Origin: an uncultured Desulfatitalea sp.
GTDB lineage: Bacteria > Desulfobacterota > Desulfobacteria > Desulfobacterales > Desulfosarcinaceae
NCBI GenBank assembly: GCA_963668675.2
Contig: CAXXMB010000001.1
Coordinates: 512,001-576,000 of the forward strand
Direction of reading: 5' to 3'
DNA length: 64,000 bases
Shown: one piece after another, positions 30,526-43,085 of the stretch
Layout: the number at the start of each line of letters is the position of its first letter
How positions within the stretch are numbered: position 1 is the first letter of the stretch
Notes under the pieces: generated by a model
What the model was told of the DNA's origin: nothing
What the model saw: only the letters and a program-made list of their open reading frames with translations
Databases searched by the model: none
Translations under genes and position numbers: made by a program

Positions 30526-30915
30526 TTAGGGCTCTCTTACCGGTATGGTCGAGTTTTTTTTGGCTGTTTTAATCAGACTTTTATCAAATGTAATGAAAGC
30601 TTCTGCTTTTTCTGATTGAGCCAAATGGATTGCATCGGCAAAATCCATTCCGTTTTGGTGCCATTCAAGAGCGTCGGCTATTACGGGTGGATTTTCCAAA
30701 TGGACATTTGGCAATCCAAATAGGGATTGGAAAGCGGTTGTGATTTGGGGCTGTTTGAAGTTATAGGCATATCGCAGGACCCATTCGCATTCGAGAACCA
30801 CGGATGCAGGAATGAAAATGGTATCAGTTGAAAATAAAGTTTTTGATCTCTCAAATTGCGATGGTTCATCGCCGGTTAGTAAACGAACAATTACGTTGGT
30901 GTCTACCGAGATCAT
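30526..30915 (-). CDS. VapC-family PIN toxin
   Basis: VDTNVIVR, E.EWVL, DFADA, TFDK. Confidence 0.9.
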   Translation of the reverse strand: MISVDTNVIVRLLTGDEPSQFERSKTLFSTDTIFIPASVVLECEWVLRYAYNFKQPQITTAFQSLFGLPNVHLENPPVIADALEWHQNGMDFADAIHLAQSEKAEAFITFDKSLIKTAKKNSTIPVREP

Positions 30916-31166
30916 TATTTTCGCTCCAGAGCGCCCTTTTTTATAGCCTCGTTCATTTGGTCAATAGATATCGGTTTGCCTGAATATTTCAATATTCCGG
31001 CCACTTGATCGATTTCGGTGTTTTTGAAGGGGAGAGAAGGCTTCAACAGAATACCGTCACCCGTGTCAATAACGTTTAATTGTTGTCCTGTATTCCAATT
31101 GTATCTATTTCTAAATATTTTCGGTATAATAACTTGTCCTTTGCTGGACAATTTTGTCGTTTGCAT
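30915..31166 (-). CDS. AbrB/MazE/SpoVT antitoxin
   Basis: LSSKGQVIIPK..R; stop/start overlap with the PIN gene. Confidence 0.9.
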   Translation of the reverse strand: MQTTKLSSKGQVIIPKIFRNRYNWNTGQQLNVIDTGDGILLKPSLPFKNTEIDQVAGILKYSGKPISIDQMNEAIKKGALERK

Positions 31167-31486
31167 CGTAACCTCCGGCCAGAAAGTAAGACTTTAGTAG
31201 GATTTTAAGTGTCCGCCCAACAAAAGTCAAAGTAATTGTGCCCTGACCTTGGCTTTCTCAGGGTTGCGGCAAAGAACGCCACTCCCAGAAAAAAACAGAA
31301 AGACAACTAACCTTTGTCGTACCAATCCTCGACAGGTAAATTATCAATTTGGTTGAATTCTTTGTAACTGTCGAGAGCGCCAAATCGCTGGGACTTTTGC
31401 TTTTGATCCTATCGATCAGTTGCTGGTCTCCTCCCATCCAATAGCTGATGATGTTTGTATCAATCGGGTTATCGGGTTTGTTGAGC

Positions 31487-32215
31487 TTATTGTGTTGGTT
31501 CGGCTTTTATTTGGGTGAACCACTTGGGGCAGGTTTGGATGAAGTTTTTTTGGTGGGTTGGGTTGGTCATTCGGTGGTCGCCGTTTTTGTGGATGATGAG
31601 TTGTTTGGGTTGTTGGGCTTTGTCGTAGATGGTTTTGGCTTGGGATAGGGGGACGATTTCGTCTTGGTCGCCGTGCATGATTAGGATGTTGCTTATTTTG
31701 TGGAGTTTATTGGTGATGTCGAATGCGTAGGTTGGTGTTTCGTGTGTGGGGAGGGAGTTGCTGGTTTGGATCTCTTTGATGGTTTGTTTTTTGATGGCGC
31801 TGCTGGTGATGGGGGCGGCGTAGCTGGCGATGCGGGGGATGGGGTGATTGGCGGCGGTGGCGAGGATGACGGTGCCGCCGAAGCTGCTGCCGAACAGGCC
31901 GGCGAGTTTGCCGGTTCGGGGATGGCTTTGCATTGTTTGTATGGCGTGGTAAAGATCGCTGCAGCGGGTTTCCAGCAGGTGGTCGGTTTCGAATTGGCCT
32001 TGGCTGTCGCCGCATCCGCGGTGGTCGAAGCGGAAGTAGGCGATGCCGAGTTGGTTGAGGGCTTCGGCCAGGGCGATCTGTTTGGGGGAGTTGCGGTTGG
32101 CCAGGAGGCCGTGGCAGCCGATGACGAATGGGGGCTGCGGGGTGTTGGGGAGATGCAGGGTGCCGGTGAGCTGGATGTTGTCGGCGGTGAAGTGGATGTC
32201 GCGTTGGGTTGGCAT
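31487..32215 (-). CDS. Alpha/beta hydrolase
   Basis: CHG, FDHRGCG.S.G, GSSFGG, HGDQDE.VP, GDH. Confidence 0.9.
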   Translation of the reverse strand: MPTQRDIHFTADNIQLTGTLHLPNTPQPPFVIGCHGLLANRNSPKQIALAEALNQLGIAYFRFDHRGCGDSQGQFETDHLLETRCSDLYHAIQTMQSHPRTGKLAGLFGSSFGGTVILATAANHPIPRIASYAAPITSSAIKKQTIKEIQTSNSLPTHETPTYAFDITNKLHKISNILIMHGDQDEIVPLSQAKTIYDKAQQPKQLIIHKNGDHRMTNPTHQKNFIQTCPKWFTQIKAEPTQ

Positions 32216-32322
32216 GGTGATACCTTGTTGATATTTTGGTCGTATGATTAGTTACTTATGGCCAGTTTTTATCCGAATAAGTTCTTATTTGTGTTAGGGA
32301 TAGCTGATCGAGAGTATACTCC

Positions 32323-32503
32323 GGTGCAGGGTGCAAAGGGGCCTGTCTGACACGCTCCGTGGTCCAAGTGCTGCTAAGACGCGCTACGGGCGGCTCGCAA
32401 ACTCGCTTTGCTCAAACAGTGCGAGCCGCTGTTCCTCCGCTGCATCTAAGCATCACTAAGACCACTGCGCTGACGTCAGACAGGCCCCTTTGCACCCTGC
32501 ACC
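32323..32503. repeat. 181-bp stem-loop/MITE-like element
   Basis: 29-bp perfect IR ggtgcagggtgcaaaggggcctgtctgac with nested inner stems. Confidence 0.85.
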
Positions 32504-32621
32504 TCTTAAGTATTGAATCGAATGGCTTTAATTGCTTTATCCATAAAAGTGTTGATTTAGCTAAAAACCAGGTTCTAGAAACACAAAAATTTAGATTTTA
32601 GAATAGAGAGATTGATATAGC

Positions 32622-34010
32622 ATGGCGGTTAAAAAGGGACAACAGGTCGAGTTGGAGGTGAGTGGGATTGCCTTTGGTGGTAAGGGGCTGGCGCGCCTCG
32701 ATGGGATGGCTGTTTTTGTGGATCAGGCCATTGCCGGGGATCGTGTGATGGGGCTGATTACCAAGAAGAAGAAGAGTTATGCGCAGGCGCGGGTTGTTGA
32801 GCTGTTGGCGCCATCGCCGTTTCGGATTGAGGCGCCGTGTCCCTACAGTGGTATTTGTGGGGGGTGCAAGTGGCAGTTTATGGCTTACGAGCAGCAGCTG
32901 CTGTTCAAGCGGCAGCATGTTCAGGAGGCGTTTGAGCATATAGCGTTGATGCAGGATGTGGTGGTGAGGCCGACGTTGGCGGCGGATCGGGTGTTTGGTT
33001 ATCGCAACAAGATGGAGTTTTCGTGTGCCGAGCGGCGATGGCTGCTGCCGGAGGAGATGGGCTGTGAGGATGTCGAGGCCGGGATTGGGTTGGGGTTGCA
33101 TGTTCCGGGGGGGTTTCAAAAGGTGTTGGATATCGAGGCGTGCCTGCTGCAGCCGGACGTGGGCAATCGGATTCTGGGCGATGTTCGGGAGTATATCAAG
33201 GCGTCGCCGATGCCGGTGTATGGTTTGAAGAGCCATGAGGGGTTTTGGCGGTTTTTGGTGTTGCGGCATTCGGTGGCGTACGATCAGTGGATGGTCAATG
33301 TGGTGACGGCGGCGGAGGCGCGGGATGAGGTGCAGCCATTGGCCGATGCGCTGGTGGAGAGATATCCCAATGTCGTTTCGGTGGTGAACAGTATAACCAG
33401 CCGCAAGGCTGGTGTGGCGGTGGGGGAGTACGAGGTGCTGCTGAAGGGTAGGCCGGCGATGTTGGAGCGGATTGGGCCGTTCGAGTATGAGCTTTCGGCC
33501 AACTCTTTTTTTCAGACCAATACGCTGGGGGCCGAGCGGCTGTATGATACGGTTAAGCGGTATGCGGGGCTGGGCGGTGATGAGGTTGTGCTGGATCTTT
33601 ATTGCGGGACCGGGACGATCGCTATCTATTTGGCGGGAGAGGCCAGGGAGGTGGTCGGGATGGAGGTGGTGGCGAGTGCGGTTGAGGATGCCCGTCGCAA
33701 CTGTGATCGCAATGGGGTTGGCAATTGCCGTTTCGTGCTGGGGGATATCCGCAAGACGTTGCCGGATCTGCGGGTCGAACCTGATGTTTTGATTATTGAC
33801 CCCCCAAGGGCTGGTATGCATGAGGACGTACTGAAACAGGTGATGTTATTGGGGCCGGGGAGGATTGTTTATGTGTCGTGTAATCCGGCGACGATGGCGA
33901 GGGATATGCTGGTTTTGAAGGAGGCCTATCGGGTGGTGGAGGTGCAGCCGGTGGATATGTTTCCGCATACGTTTCATATTGAGGCGGTGGCGAAGTTGGA
34001 GAAGTTTTAG
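32622..34010 (+). CDS. rlmD: 23S rRNA (uracil-5)-methyltransferase RlmD
   Basis: TRAM domain, C...CGGC.WQ, SFFQTN, DLYCGTG, DPPRAG, YVSCNP, DMFPHT.HIE. Confidence 0.92.
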   Translation: MAVKKGQQVELEVSGIAFGGKGLARLDGMAVFVDQAIAGDRVMGLITKKKKSYAQARVVELLAPSPFRIEAPCPYSGICGGCKWQFMAYEQQLLFKRQHVQEAFEHIALMQDVVVRPTLAADRVFGYRNKMEFSCAERRWLLPEEMGCEDVEAGIGLGLHVPGGFQKVLDIEACLLQPDVGNRILGDVREYIKASPMPVYGLKSHEGFWRFLVLRHSVAYDQWMVNVVTAAEARDEVQPLADALVERYPNVVSVVNSITSRKAGVAVGEYEVLLKGRPAMLERIGPFEYELSANSFFQTNTLGAERLYDTVKRYAGLGGDEVVLDLYCGTGTIAIYLAGEAREVVGMEVVASAVEDARRNCDRNGVGNCRFVLGDIRKTLPDLRVEPDVLIIDPPRAGMHEDVLKQVMLLGPGRIVYVSCNPATMARDMLVLKEAYRVVEVQPVDMFPHTFHIEAVAKLEKF

Positions 34011-34035
34011 GGTTGGTTGGGTTGGTTGTGGTTGG

Positions 34036-34454
34036 TTAGGTGCACTTTGCGAGGATGGTTTGGATGAATGTGGTTAAATCATTTATGTCATTATTGATAA
34101 TATGGTGTACATGCTCGAGGTTCAATTTTGCCTATTCATGAACGATTAGATTTCTGAAACCCACAGCCTTAACAAGTTTTTCTGTTAGTTCTTTTTCGAA
34201 GTACCCGTTCTCCTCCAGGATATAAAACATCTCGTTGTAGCTTGCAGGTACTCCAAGGCCTTGTTCGCTAAAGATATGGGCTGCGAGGTCGATGCAATTC
34301 TGCACTGTGCCATTTGTATGTTGAATAGTGCGACATCTTGGCTGTCCGCATCGCCTAAGAAGGAATTGCAATCTATCGCGGCCTTCTCTTTTAGCCGCCG
34401 AAGGTGTTTTGTAACAGCACTGGCTTTGGCGAGAATGATTTGACTATCGACCAT
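34036..34454 (-). pseudogene. HepT/DUF86 toxin pseudogene (frameshift plus nonsense)
   Basis: MVDSQII...QMA, frameshift at ~34310, VQNCIDLAAH...GFRNLIVHE-TAG-AKLNLEHV... Confidence 0.85.
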
Positions 34455-34890
34455 GTTCGGCCTGCAATATTTTTCTTGTGAAGCAATTTTCAAGCTGGGT
34501 TCTGTAATAACCAAAATCTGCAATTTTGGAAAAAGCGGTCATTTTAAATTCAGCTAGATGCTTTGGGTTGTTCACTAGGATGCAACTGCCTTTTGCAAAT
34601 ATCTGGAATAGGAGCCTCTCACTGGCTGAGTTCATTACGGTGAGATCAACATCTTTTCGTAACAGGCGGGATAGGGGGGGAATTAGTTCTTCGAAGTGAT
34701 TCCTTTGTTCTATGTTGCTGGAAGATGAGAATAAAATGCCCAAGTCAATGTCGCTAAACGGGCGTTGCTGCCCATGGGCATAAGAACCAAACAGGTAAAC
34801 TGCGGATATCTCTTTCTTATTTGAAAGATATTCTGCTATCGCTTTTTTGATTTGGCTTGGATTTGTTTTCATTCTTGTGTAATGTTGCAC
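34444..34890 (-). CDS. MNT (MntA-like) nucleotidyltransferase antitoxin
   Basis: VYLFGSYA.G....SDIDLG, VDL..MN. Confidence 0.85.
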   Translation of the reverse strand: MQHYTRMKTNPSQIKKAIAEYLSNKKEISAVYLFGSYAHGQQRPFSDIDLGILFSSSSNIEQRNHFEELIPPLSRLLRKDVDLTVMNSASERLLFQIFAKGSCILVNNPKHLAEFKMTAFSKIADFGYYRTQLENCFTRKILQAEHGR

Positions 34891-34924
34891 TCTTTGGTTT
34901 GAGTTGGTAAAATACTAATATTTT

Positions 34925-35012
34925 ATGGTTTATTTGTCAAATAGTTGAGTTTTTGAGTTGATCGGGTTTGTTGAGTTTGTTGAGTTTGTTGGGTTCGTTG
35001 GGTTCGTTGGGT
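34925..35012. repeat. 9-bp GT-rich tandem array
   Basis: ttgagtttg ttgagtttg ttgggttcg ttgggttcg ttggg. Confidence 0.8.
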
Positions 35013-35024
35013 ATTGGAGGAAGT

Positions 35025-36752
35025 ATGACTTTTGATGCTATTGAGCCTCATGGTGGGGTTTTGAGGGATTTGTTGGTGGATGGTGAGCGGGCGGAGGTGC
35101 TTAAGGGTGTTTCCATGAATCTTGCGGATATTACGCTTGGGGATCACCATCTTTGCGATTTGGAGTTGATTGCGACCGGGGCTTTTTCGCCGCTGGAAGG
35201 GTTTATGGTGCGGGCGGATTATGAATCGGTGCTGGATCGCATGCGGTTGCAGGATGATACGTTGTGGCCGGTGCCGGTTTGTCTGGATGTGAGCGAGACC
35301 AAGGCGCGGCAGCTCGAGGCGGGGCAGTCGGTGGCGCTGCGGGATCCGGAGGGGTTTCTGCTGGCTGTTTTGCATGTGGAAGATATCTGGCCCATCGACA
35401 AGGAGAAGGAGATTCGGCTGGTCTATCGTGGCGATGGGGGGGGCGATGGGGAGGATAATCCCGGCGTCCAGCATCTCAAGCTGCAGACGAAGGATTTCTA
35501 TGTGGGGGGCAAGATTGAGGTGATCAGTCTGCCCTTGCATTATGATTTCAGGTCGCTGCGCAAGACGCCCGACGAGGTGCGCGCTGAATATCAAAAGCTG
35601 GGATGGCAGCGCGTGGTGGGGTATCAGACCAGTACGGTGATTCATCGCTGCCAGTTCGAGGTGACGCTGGAGGCGATGCGGCAGGCCAAGGCCAATTTGC
35701 TTTTGCTGCCCACTGTGGGGGTGGCCAGAAGGGAAGACTTTGACTACTATACGCGGGTTCGATGCTACAAAGAGGTGATTCGGCACTATCCGCCGGAGAC
35801 GGTGGTGCAGTCTCTGCTGCCTCAGTTGGTGCGCTTTGCCGGCGCCCGGGAGGCGGTGCTGAATGCCATTGTGGCCAAGAATTATGGATGTACGCATTAT
35901 CTTCTATATCCGGAGGGAGGGAATTCGGACAGCGACTGCAATTCGGTGTGCACGCAGTTGATTGGTGATGATGGGCAGAAGATCGTTACCGCCTGCAGTG
36001 AGGAGTTGGGCATAGAGGTGATGCCGTTCGATGAGATGGTCTATCTGCCGTTTGAAGATCAGCATCGATTCGTACACCAGGTGGAAGAGGGGACGAAAAC
36101 GATCTCCATGGATGGCGGTGAAATTCGCCGCCGCATCAGATCCGGCAGGATTGTTCCGGGGTGGGCGTCGTTTCCAGAGGTGTTGGAAGAGCTGCGCAAG
36201 GCCTATCCTGCGCCTGCCGGGCAGGGGTTTACGATATTTTTGACTGGTCTGTCCGGGGCCGGAAAGTCGACGATTGCCAAGGTGCTCTTTTCCAAGATGC
36301 TGGAGATGGGAGAGCGGCCTGTGACGCTGCTGGATGGGGATATTGTGAGGCAGAACCTGTCGAGCGAGCTCTCTTTTTCCAAGGAGCACCGCGATATCAA
36401 TGTGCGCCGCATCGGTTTTGTGGCCAGTGAGATTACCAAGAACAGGGGGATTGCCATCTGCGCGCCGATTGCGCCATATGAGCATACGCGTTCGGAGATC
36501 CGGGCATCCATCGAGGCGCATGGCGGATTTATCGAGGTTCATGTGGCCACGCCGTTGGAGGAGTGCGAGCGGAGAGATCGCAAAGGGATGTATGCCAAGG
36601 CCAGGGCTGGGTTGATTAAGGGGTATACGGGGATCGACGATCCTTACGAGGTGCCGGCTACTCCTGAATTGCGGATCGATACCTCCAGCTTGACGCCGGA
36701 TGAGGCGGCGCATGAGGTGCTGCTCTATTTGGGGCAGGGGGGGTTTATTTAG
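35025..36752 (+). CDS. cysC: Sulfate adenylyltransferase-like/APS kinase fusion; Sat domain degenerate
   Basis: GAFSPLEGFM PUA domain; kinase motifs TGLSGAGKST, LDGD.VR, DRKGMY.KA.AG. Confidence 0.85.
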   Translation: MTFDAIEPHGGVLRDLLVDGERAEVLKGVSMNLADITLGDHHLCDLELIATGAFSPLEGFMVRADYESVLDRMRLQDDTLWPVPVCLDVSETKARQLEAGQSVALRDPEGFLLAVLHVEDIWPIDKEKEIRLVYRGDGGGDGEDNPGVQHLKLQTKDFYVGGKIEVISLPLHYDFRSLRKTPDEVRAEYQKLGWQRVVGYQTSTVIHRCQFEVTLEAMRQAKANLLLLPTVGVARREDFDYYTRVRCYKEVIRHYPPETVVQSLLPQLVRFAGAREAVLNAIVAKNYGCTHYLLYPEGGNSDSDCNSVCTQLIGDDGQKIVTACSEELGIEVMPFDEMVYLPFEDQHRFVHQVEEGTKTISMDGGEIRRRIRSGRIVPGWASFPEVLEELRKAYPAPAGQGFTIFLTGLSGAGKSTIAKVLFSKMLEMGERPVTLLDGDIVRQNLSSELSFSKEHRDINVRRIGFVASEITKNRGIAICAPIAPYEHTRSEIRASIEAHGGFIEVHVATPLEECERRDRKGMYAKARAGLIKGYTGIDDPYEVPATPELRIDTSSLTPDEAAHEVLLYLGQGGFI

Positions 36753-36824
36753 TTTGTTGGGTTGGTTGGGTTATGGGGTTTGTTGGGTTGACGATTAAGT
36801 CAGGTATTTTTGTGTCATGATGGC

Positions 36825-36930
36825 TTAGAAGTGTTCGATGTCCTTTAGGTCGTTTTTTATGAATTCGAGTATGTAGATATCGTCGATTTCACCATCTTAA
36901 CTTTATTGTTATTTTATCTTGCGATACCAT
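36825..36930 (-). pseudogene. HepT/DUF86 remnant with large internal deletion
   Basis: MVSQDKITIKL overlaps the mnt stop and is joined out of frame to GEIDDIYILEFIKNDLKDIEHF. Confidence 0.55.
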
Positions 36931-37357
36931 TGTTTGCCGCCGCTATCAGGTTTTTACGATAAATGCTTTTGTGGTACTGTACAATGTGCAGAAAATCAAA
37001 ATAGGCCATTCTGGATTGTGTTTCGTATTCTACGCGCTTTGCTTCATCACGGGAATATATCAGATGACCATGTTGTAAGATGTCCCCAACTACGGTCAAG
37101 GGTAGATTGTTTATGATACGTATTTCGGTCGAGTATCTGTGATTCAACCGTTCATCGAGTCTAAGGGAGAGGGAAAGCTCCAGATTCAGATCGGCGCATC
37201 GCTGCTCTGCCGATTTTACAAAAACGGCAATATCCACGTCGCTGAATGGGTGTGTTTGGCCCTTGGCATGGCTGCCATATAGGTATGCAAACAGGACCGG
37301 CGATTCGCTAAATACCTCGGGCGTGATTGTTATCAGTTGTTGTTTAAGGCCGTTCAT
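36914..37357 (-). CDS. MNT nucleotidyltransferase antitoxin
   Basis: AYLYGSHAKG....SDVDIAV, YFDF. Confidence 0.85.
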   Translation of the reverse strand: MNGLKQQLITITPEVFSESPVLFAYLYGSHAKGQTHPFSDVDIAVFVKSAEQRCADLNLELSLSLRLDERLNHRYSTEIRIINNLPLTVVGDILQHGHLIYSRDEAKRVEYETQSRMAYFDFLHIVQYHKSIYRKNLIAAANNGIAR

Positions 37358-37534
37358 GGCGTCCTGAATTTTGGTGATTATTATGTTTTCTTATATCGTA
37401 TTGGTTATCTATATGCTTTTATTCAGGATAGTTCAACCCCAGGTGGTTACAAGCCATCTCAAAAAAGTCTTTTGGCCCAAACGCTTTGTTGGAGGCAAAT
37501 GTTAAATCCTCGAAATACTGGAGTATGTCTCCGG

Positions 37535-37681
37535 TTAACTTAAGGCGCCCTCGTTAATGATGCGGGCGGGGATAAACCCCGCCCCTACACAGTTGGCGTA
37601 TGACGACAATTCTTATTTAGCATGAATTTTTCGTAGGGGCGGGCTTTATGCCCGCCTGCTGTGGCCGCTTAAGTCAATGAT
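37535..37681. repeat. MITE-like element (GTAGGGGCG family core)
   Basis: ttaacttaag..gggcggggataaaccccgcccctac...gtaggggcgggctttatgcccgcc..cttaagtcaa. Confidence 0.75.
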
Positions 37682-37712
37682 ATTCGGTTTCAGATTATAA
37701 AGGGGTAATTTC

Positions 37713-38555
37713 ATGATGTACTTGGTTCATCTTGTTGATGCGATAGATGCGGCTGTTGAGGCGGGAAAGGCTGTTTTAGAGGTGTATGGGACGGATTTTG
37801 GTGTTGAGACCAAAGCGGACAATTCGCCTTTGACGGTTGCCGATATGCGGTCGCATGAGATTATAAAGGAACGTCTGGAGCGGCATGGGATTCCTGCGAT
37901 CAGTGAAGAGGGGCGGCATGTGGCTTGGGAGACGCGTCGGGATTGGTTTTTGATGTGGGTTGTGGATCCGCTGGACGGGACCAAGGAGTTCGTAAAGAGA
38001 AATGGGGAGTTTACTGTCAATATTGCGCTGGTTGAGGGGCAGCGACCGGTGATGGGTATCGTTTATGCTCCGGTGTTGGATCGACTCTATTTTGGTTCGG
38101 TAGAGATCGGGTCTTACAAGTTGGAAAGTGCTCAAGATTCGGACTATTTTAAAAAGAGTATAGAGAGTCCTGAAGATCGTTATAGGTTGTTAGTGTCTTC
38201 GGCAGTGAAGCTTCCGGCTGAGATGGATGTACAGCGACCGTATACAGTGGTGGGTAGCCGGTCCCACGCCACGCCCGATTTGACGCGTTTTGTGGATCAG
38301 AAGAGGGAAGAGAAGGGAGAGGTCGATTTTGTGCCGGCCGGCAGTTCCCTCAAGATTTGTCTGGTTGCCGAAGGCGCAGCCGATGTCTATCCGCGTTTAG
38401 GCCCGACCATGGAGTGGGATACCGCTGCAGGGCAGGCAGTAGCAGAATGTTCAGGTGCTAGGGTTTTCAATTATGAGGACGGATCACCCCTGGAATATAA
38501 CAAACAGGATTTGCTGAATCCATGGTTCGTGGTGGAAAGAGAAGGGACGTCTTAA
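37713..38555 (+). CDS. cysQ: 3'(2'),5'-bisphosphate nucleotidase
   Basis: SPLTVAD, SEE, DPLDGTKEF, GSSLK, EWDTAAG. Confidence 0.93.
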   Translation: MMYLVHLVDAIDAAVEAGKAVLEVYGTDFGVETKADNSPLTVADMRSHEIIKERLERHGIPAISEEGRHVAWETRRDWFLMWVVDPLDGTKEFVKRNGEFTVNIALVEGQRPVMGIVYAPVLDRLYFGSVEIGSYKLESAQDSDYFKKSIESPEDRYRLLVSSAVKLPAEMDVQRPYTVVGSRSHATPDLTRFVDQKREEKGEVDFVPAGSSLKICLVAEGAADVYPRLGPTMEWDTAAGQAVAECSGARVFNYEDGSPLEYNKQDLLNPWFVVEREGTS

Positions 38556-39538
38556 TGAAACTTGGTGGTGAGTCGGTGCTTGTTGTTGGTGGGGCTGGGT
38601 ATATCGGTAGCCATATGGTCAGGCTTTTGCTTGATGAGGGGTATGGCGTTATTGTTCTCGACAATCTTTCTACTGGTGACCGTCGCCTGGTGTCCGGCGT
38701 CAATTTGGTTCAAGGAAATCTGGGAGATGCGGGGGTGCTCGATCAGATTTTCCAGCAGAATCGAATCAATACGGTGATGCATTTTGCCGCTTTCTCAATT
38801 GTTGGCGAGTCTGTTCAGCTTCCGCTTAAGTACTATGAAAATAATGTGGCTGAGACCATCAGTCTGATCGATGCTATGATTCGCCACGATGTGAGCCGCT
38901 TCATCTTTTCATCTACTGCTGCCGTGTATGGCGAGCCTCAGCATGTACCCATTGACGAGAATCACCTGTGCCGGCCAACCAATCCTTACGGCAACACCAA
39001 GCTAAGTGTCGAACGGATGCTTTCGGATTGTGATGCTGCCCATGGCATCCGATCGATCTGCTTAAGATACTTCAATGCCGCCGGGGCGCATCCATCCGGA
39101 ACAATAGGAGAGATGCATGATCCGGAAACACACTTGATCCCTTTAATCCTAAAGAATGCGCTGGTATCTGCACCGATCAAGATATTTGGTACCGACTATC
39201 CCACCGATGATGGGACATGTGTTCGCGACTATGTTCATGTGTGTGACCTTGCGCGAGCGCACCTTTTGGCACTGAGAGCTCTAAATGATGGATATCCTTC
39301 TGCGGTTTTTAACCTTGGCAATAGCGTGGGCCATTCGGTGAGACAGGTTATCGACGTGGCGCGAGCGGTGACTGGAAAAGCCGTTGAGACAGTCGAGTGC
39401 GGTCGCCGCGCGGGAGACCCTGCCGTTCTGGTGGCATCTTCGGATAAAATCAGGAGAGAGCTGAATTGGGTTCCTGAGTTTGAGGATTTGGAGGCAATGA
39501 TCGCATCGGCCTGGAAGTGGCATAGTAGAGAAGGATAG
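38555..39538 (+). CDS. galE: UDP-glucose 4-epimerase
   Basis: GGAGYIGSH, SSTAAVYG, YGNTK, LRYFNAAGA, DGTCVRDYVHV. Confidence 0.93.
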   Translation: MKLGGESVLVVGGAGYIGSHMVRLLLDEGYGVIVLDNLSTGDRRLVSGVNLVQGNLGDAGVLDQIFQQNRINTVMHFAAFSIVGESVQLPLKYYENNVAETISLIDAMIRHDVSRFIFSSTAAVYGEPQHVPIDENHLCRPTNPYGNTKLSVERMLSDCDAAHGIRSICLRYFNAAGAHPSGTIGEMHDPETHLIPLILKNALVSAPIKIFGTDYPTDDGTCVRDYVHVCDLARAHLLALRALNDGYPSAVFNLGNSVGHSVRQVIDVARAVTGKAVETVECGRRAGDPAVLVASSDKIRRELNWVPEFEDLEAMIASAWKWHSREG

Positions 39539-39589
39539 GTGGGGAGGTGTATTGAGCTTTTTGAGATCATAATATTTTAAATTGCAATC

Positions 39590-39795
39590 AATGTCAGCAG
39601 CTTAAGCGGATGTAACGGGCGGGCATAAAGCCCGCCCCTACGACGTTTGAGTAGAAACACATTCTGTTACCCTACACGAACCGTGTAGGGGCGGGCTTTA
39701 TGCCCGCCCGGATCGGTAGCGCAAGTGCCTTAAGTTAATGACATAGAATTGCATATACATAGTACCTTCTGTATCCCGGCGTTCGCCGGGATGAC
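39590..39795. repeat. MITE-like element plus REP
   Basis: atgtca..cttaag...cttaagttaatgacat outer IR; inner cgggcgggcataaagcccgcccctac IR. Confidence 0.8.
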
Positions 39796-39847
39796 AAAAG
39801 AACGATTATCGCAATAAACCAAAACATTTAAAAACTCAAAGAGCAAG

Positions 39848-39887
39848 AACAAGGCCCATCGACCATCACAGTCGACTGGGCCTTGTT
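39848..39887. terminator. Hairpin between convergent galE and acnA
   Basis: aacaaggccca...tgggccttgtt. Confidence 0.7.
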
Positions 39888-39905
39888 TGTTATTGAGCTG
39901 AAATT

Positions 39906-42650
<2,745 letters not shown>

Positions 42651-43085
42651 GCGGCTCCCTCTTGGTATAAATGGGTGTCAAAGGTGCGATGGTTACAAGG
42701 TATTGGGCCATCTGGTTGGATCCCCGGCGCGATGCCGACAATGCATCAGAATACAACAAACCGACCGAAAAATGCAAGTAATGGATATTGTGCTGTTTTT
42801 TATTTATCGGGCAAAGAGAGCAGGCTCGCTCTCCAAGCGAATGCACTAACAATAGCGCAAAATCTTAAATCGGCAAGGGGGAGGGGGTTTTGGGATTTGC
42901 TGCCGATTTATCAAATTAGGTGCAATATGAAAATTGAAGTTGCGATTTGCACCCTGCGGGCCCCGCCCTTCCGGTTCGGAGGGGGAGAGTTTGGGTAATC
43001 AGGTTTCCCCACCCCTATGGTCGGTTCCTGGATGCCGGATCAAGTCCGGCATGACGTATTTGTGTGTTTGATTGCCGATTTAATA

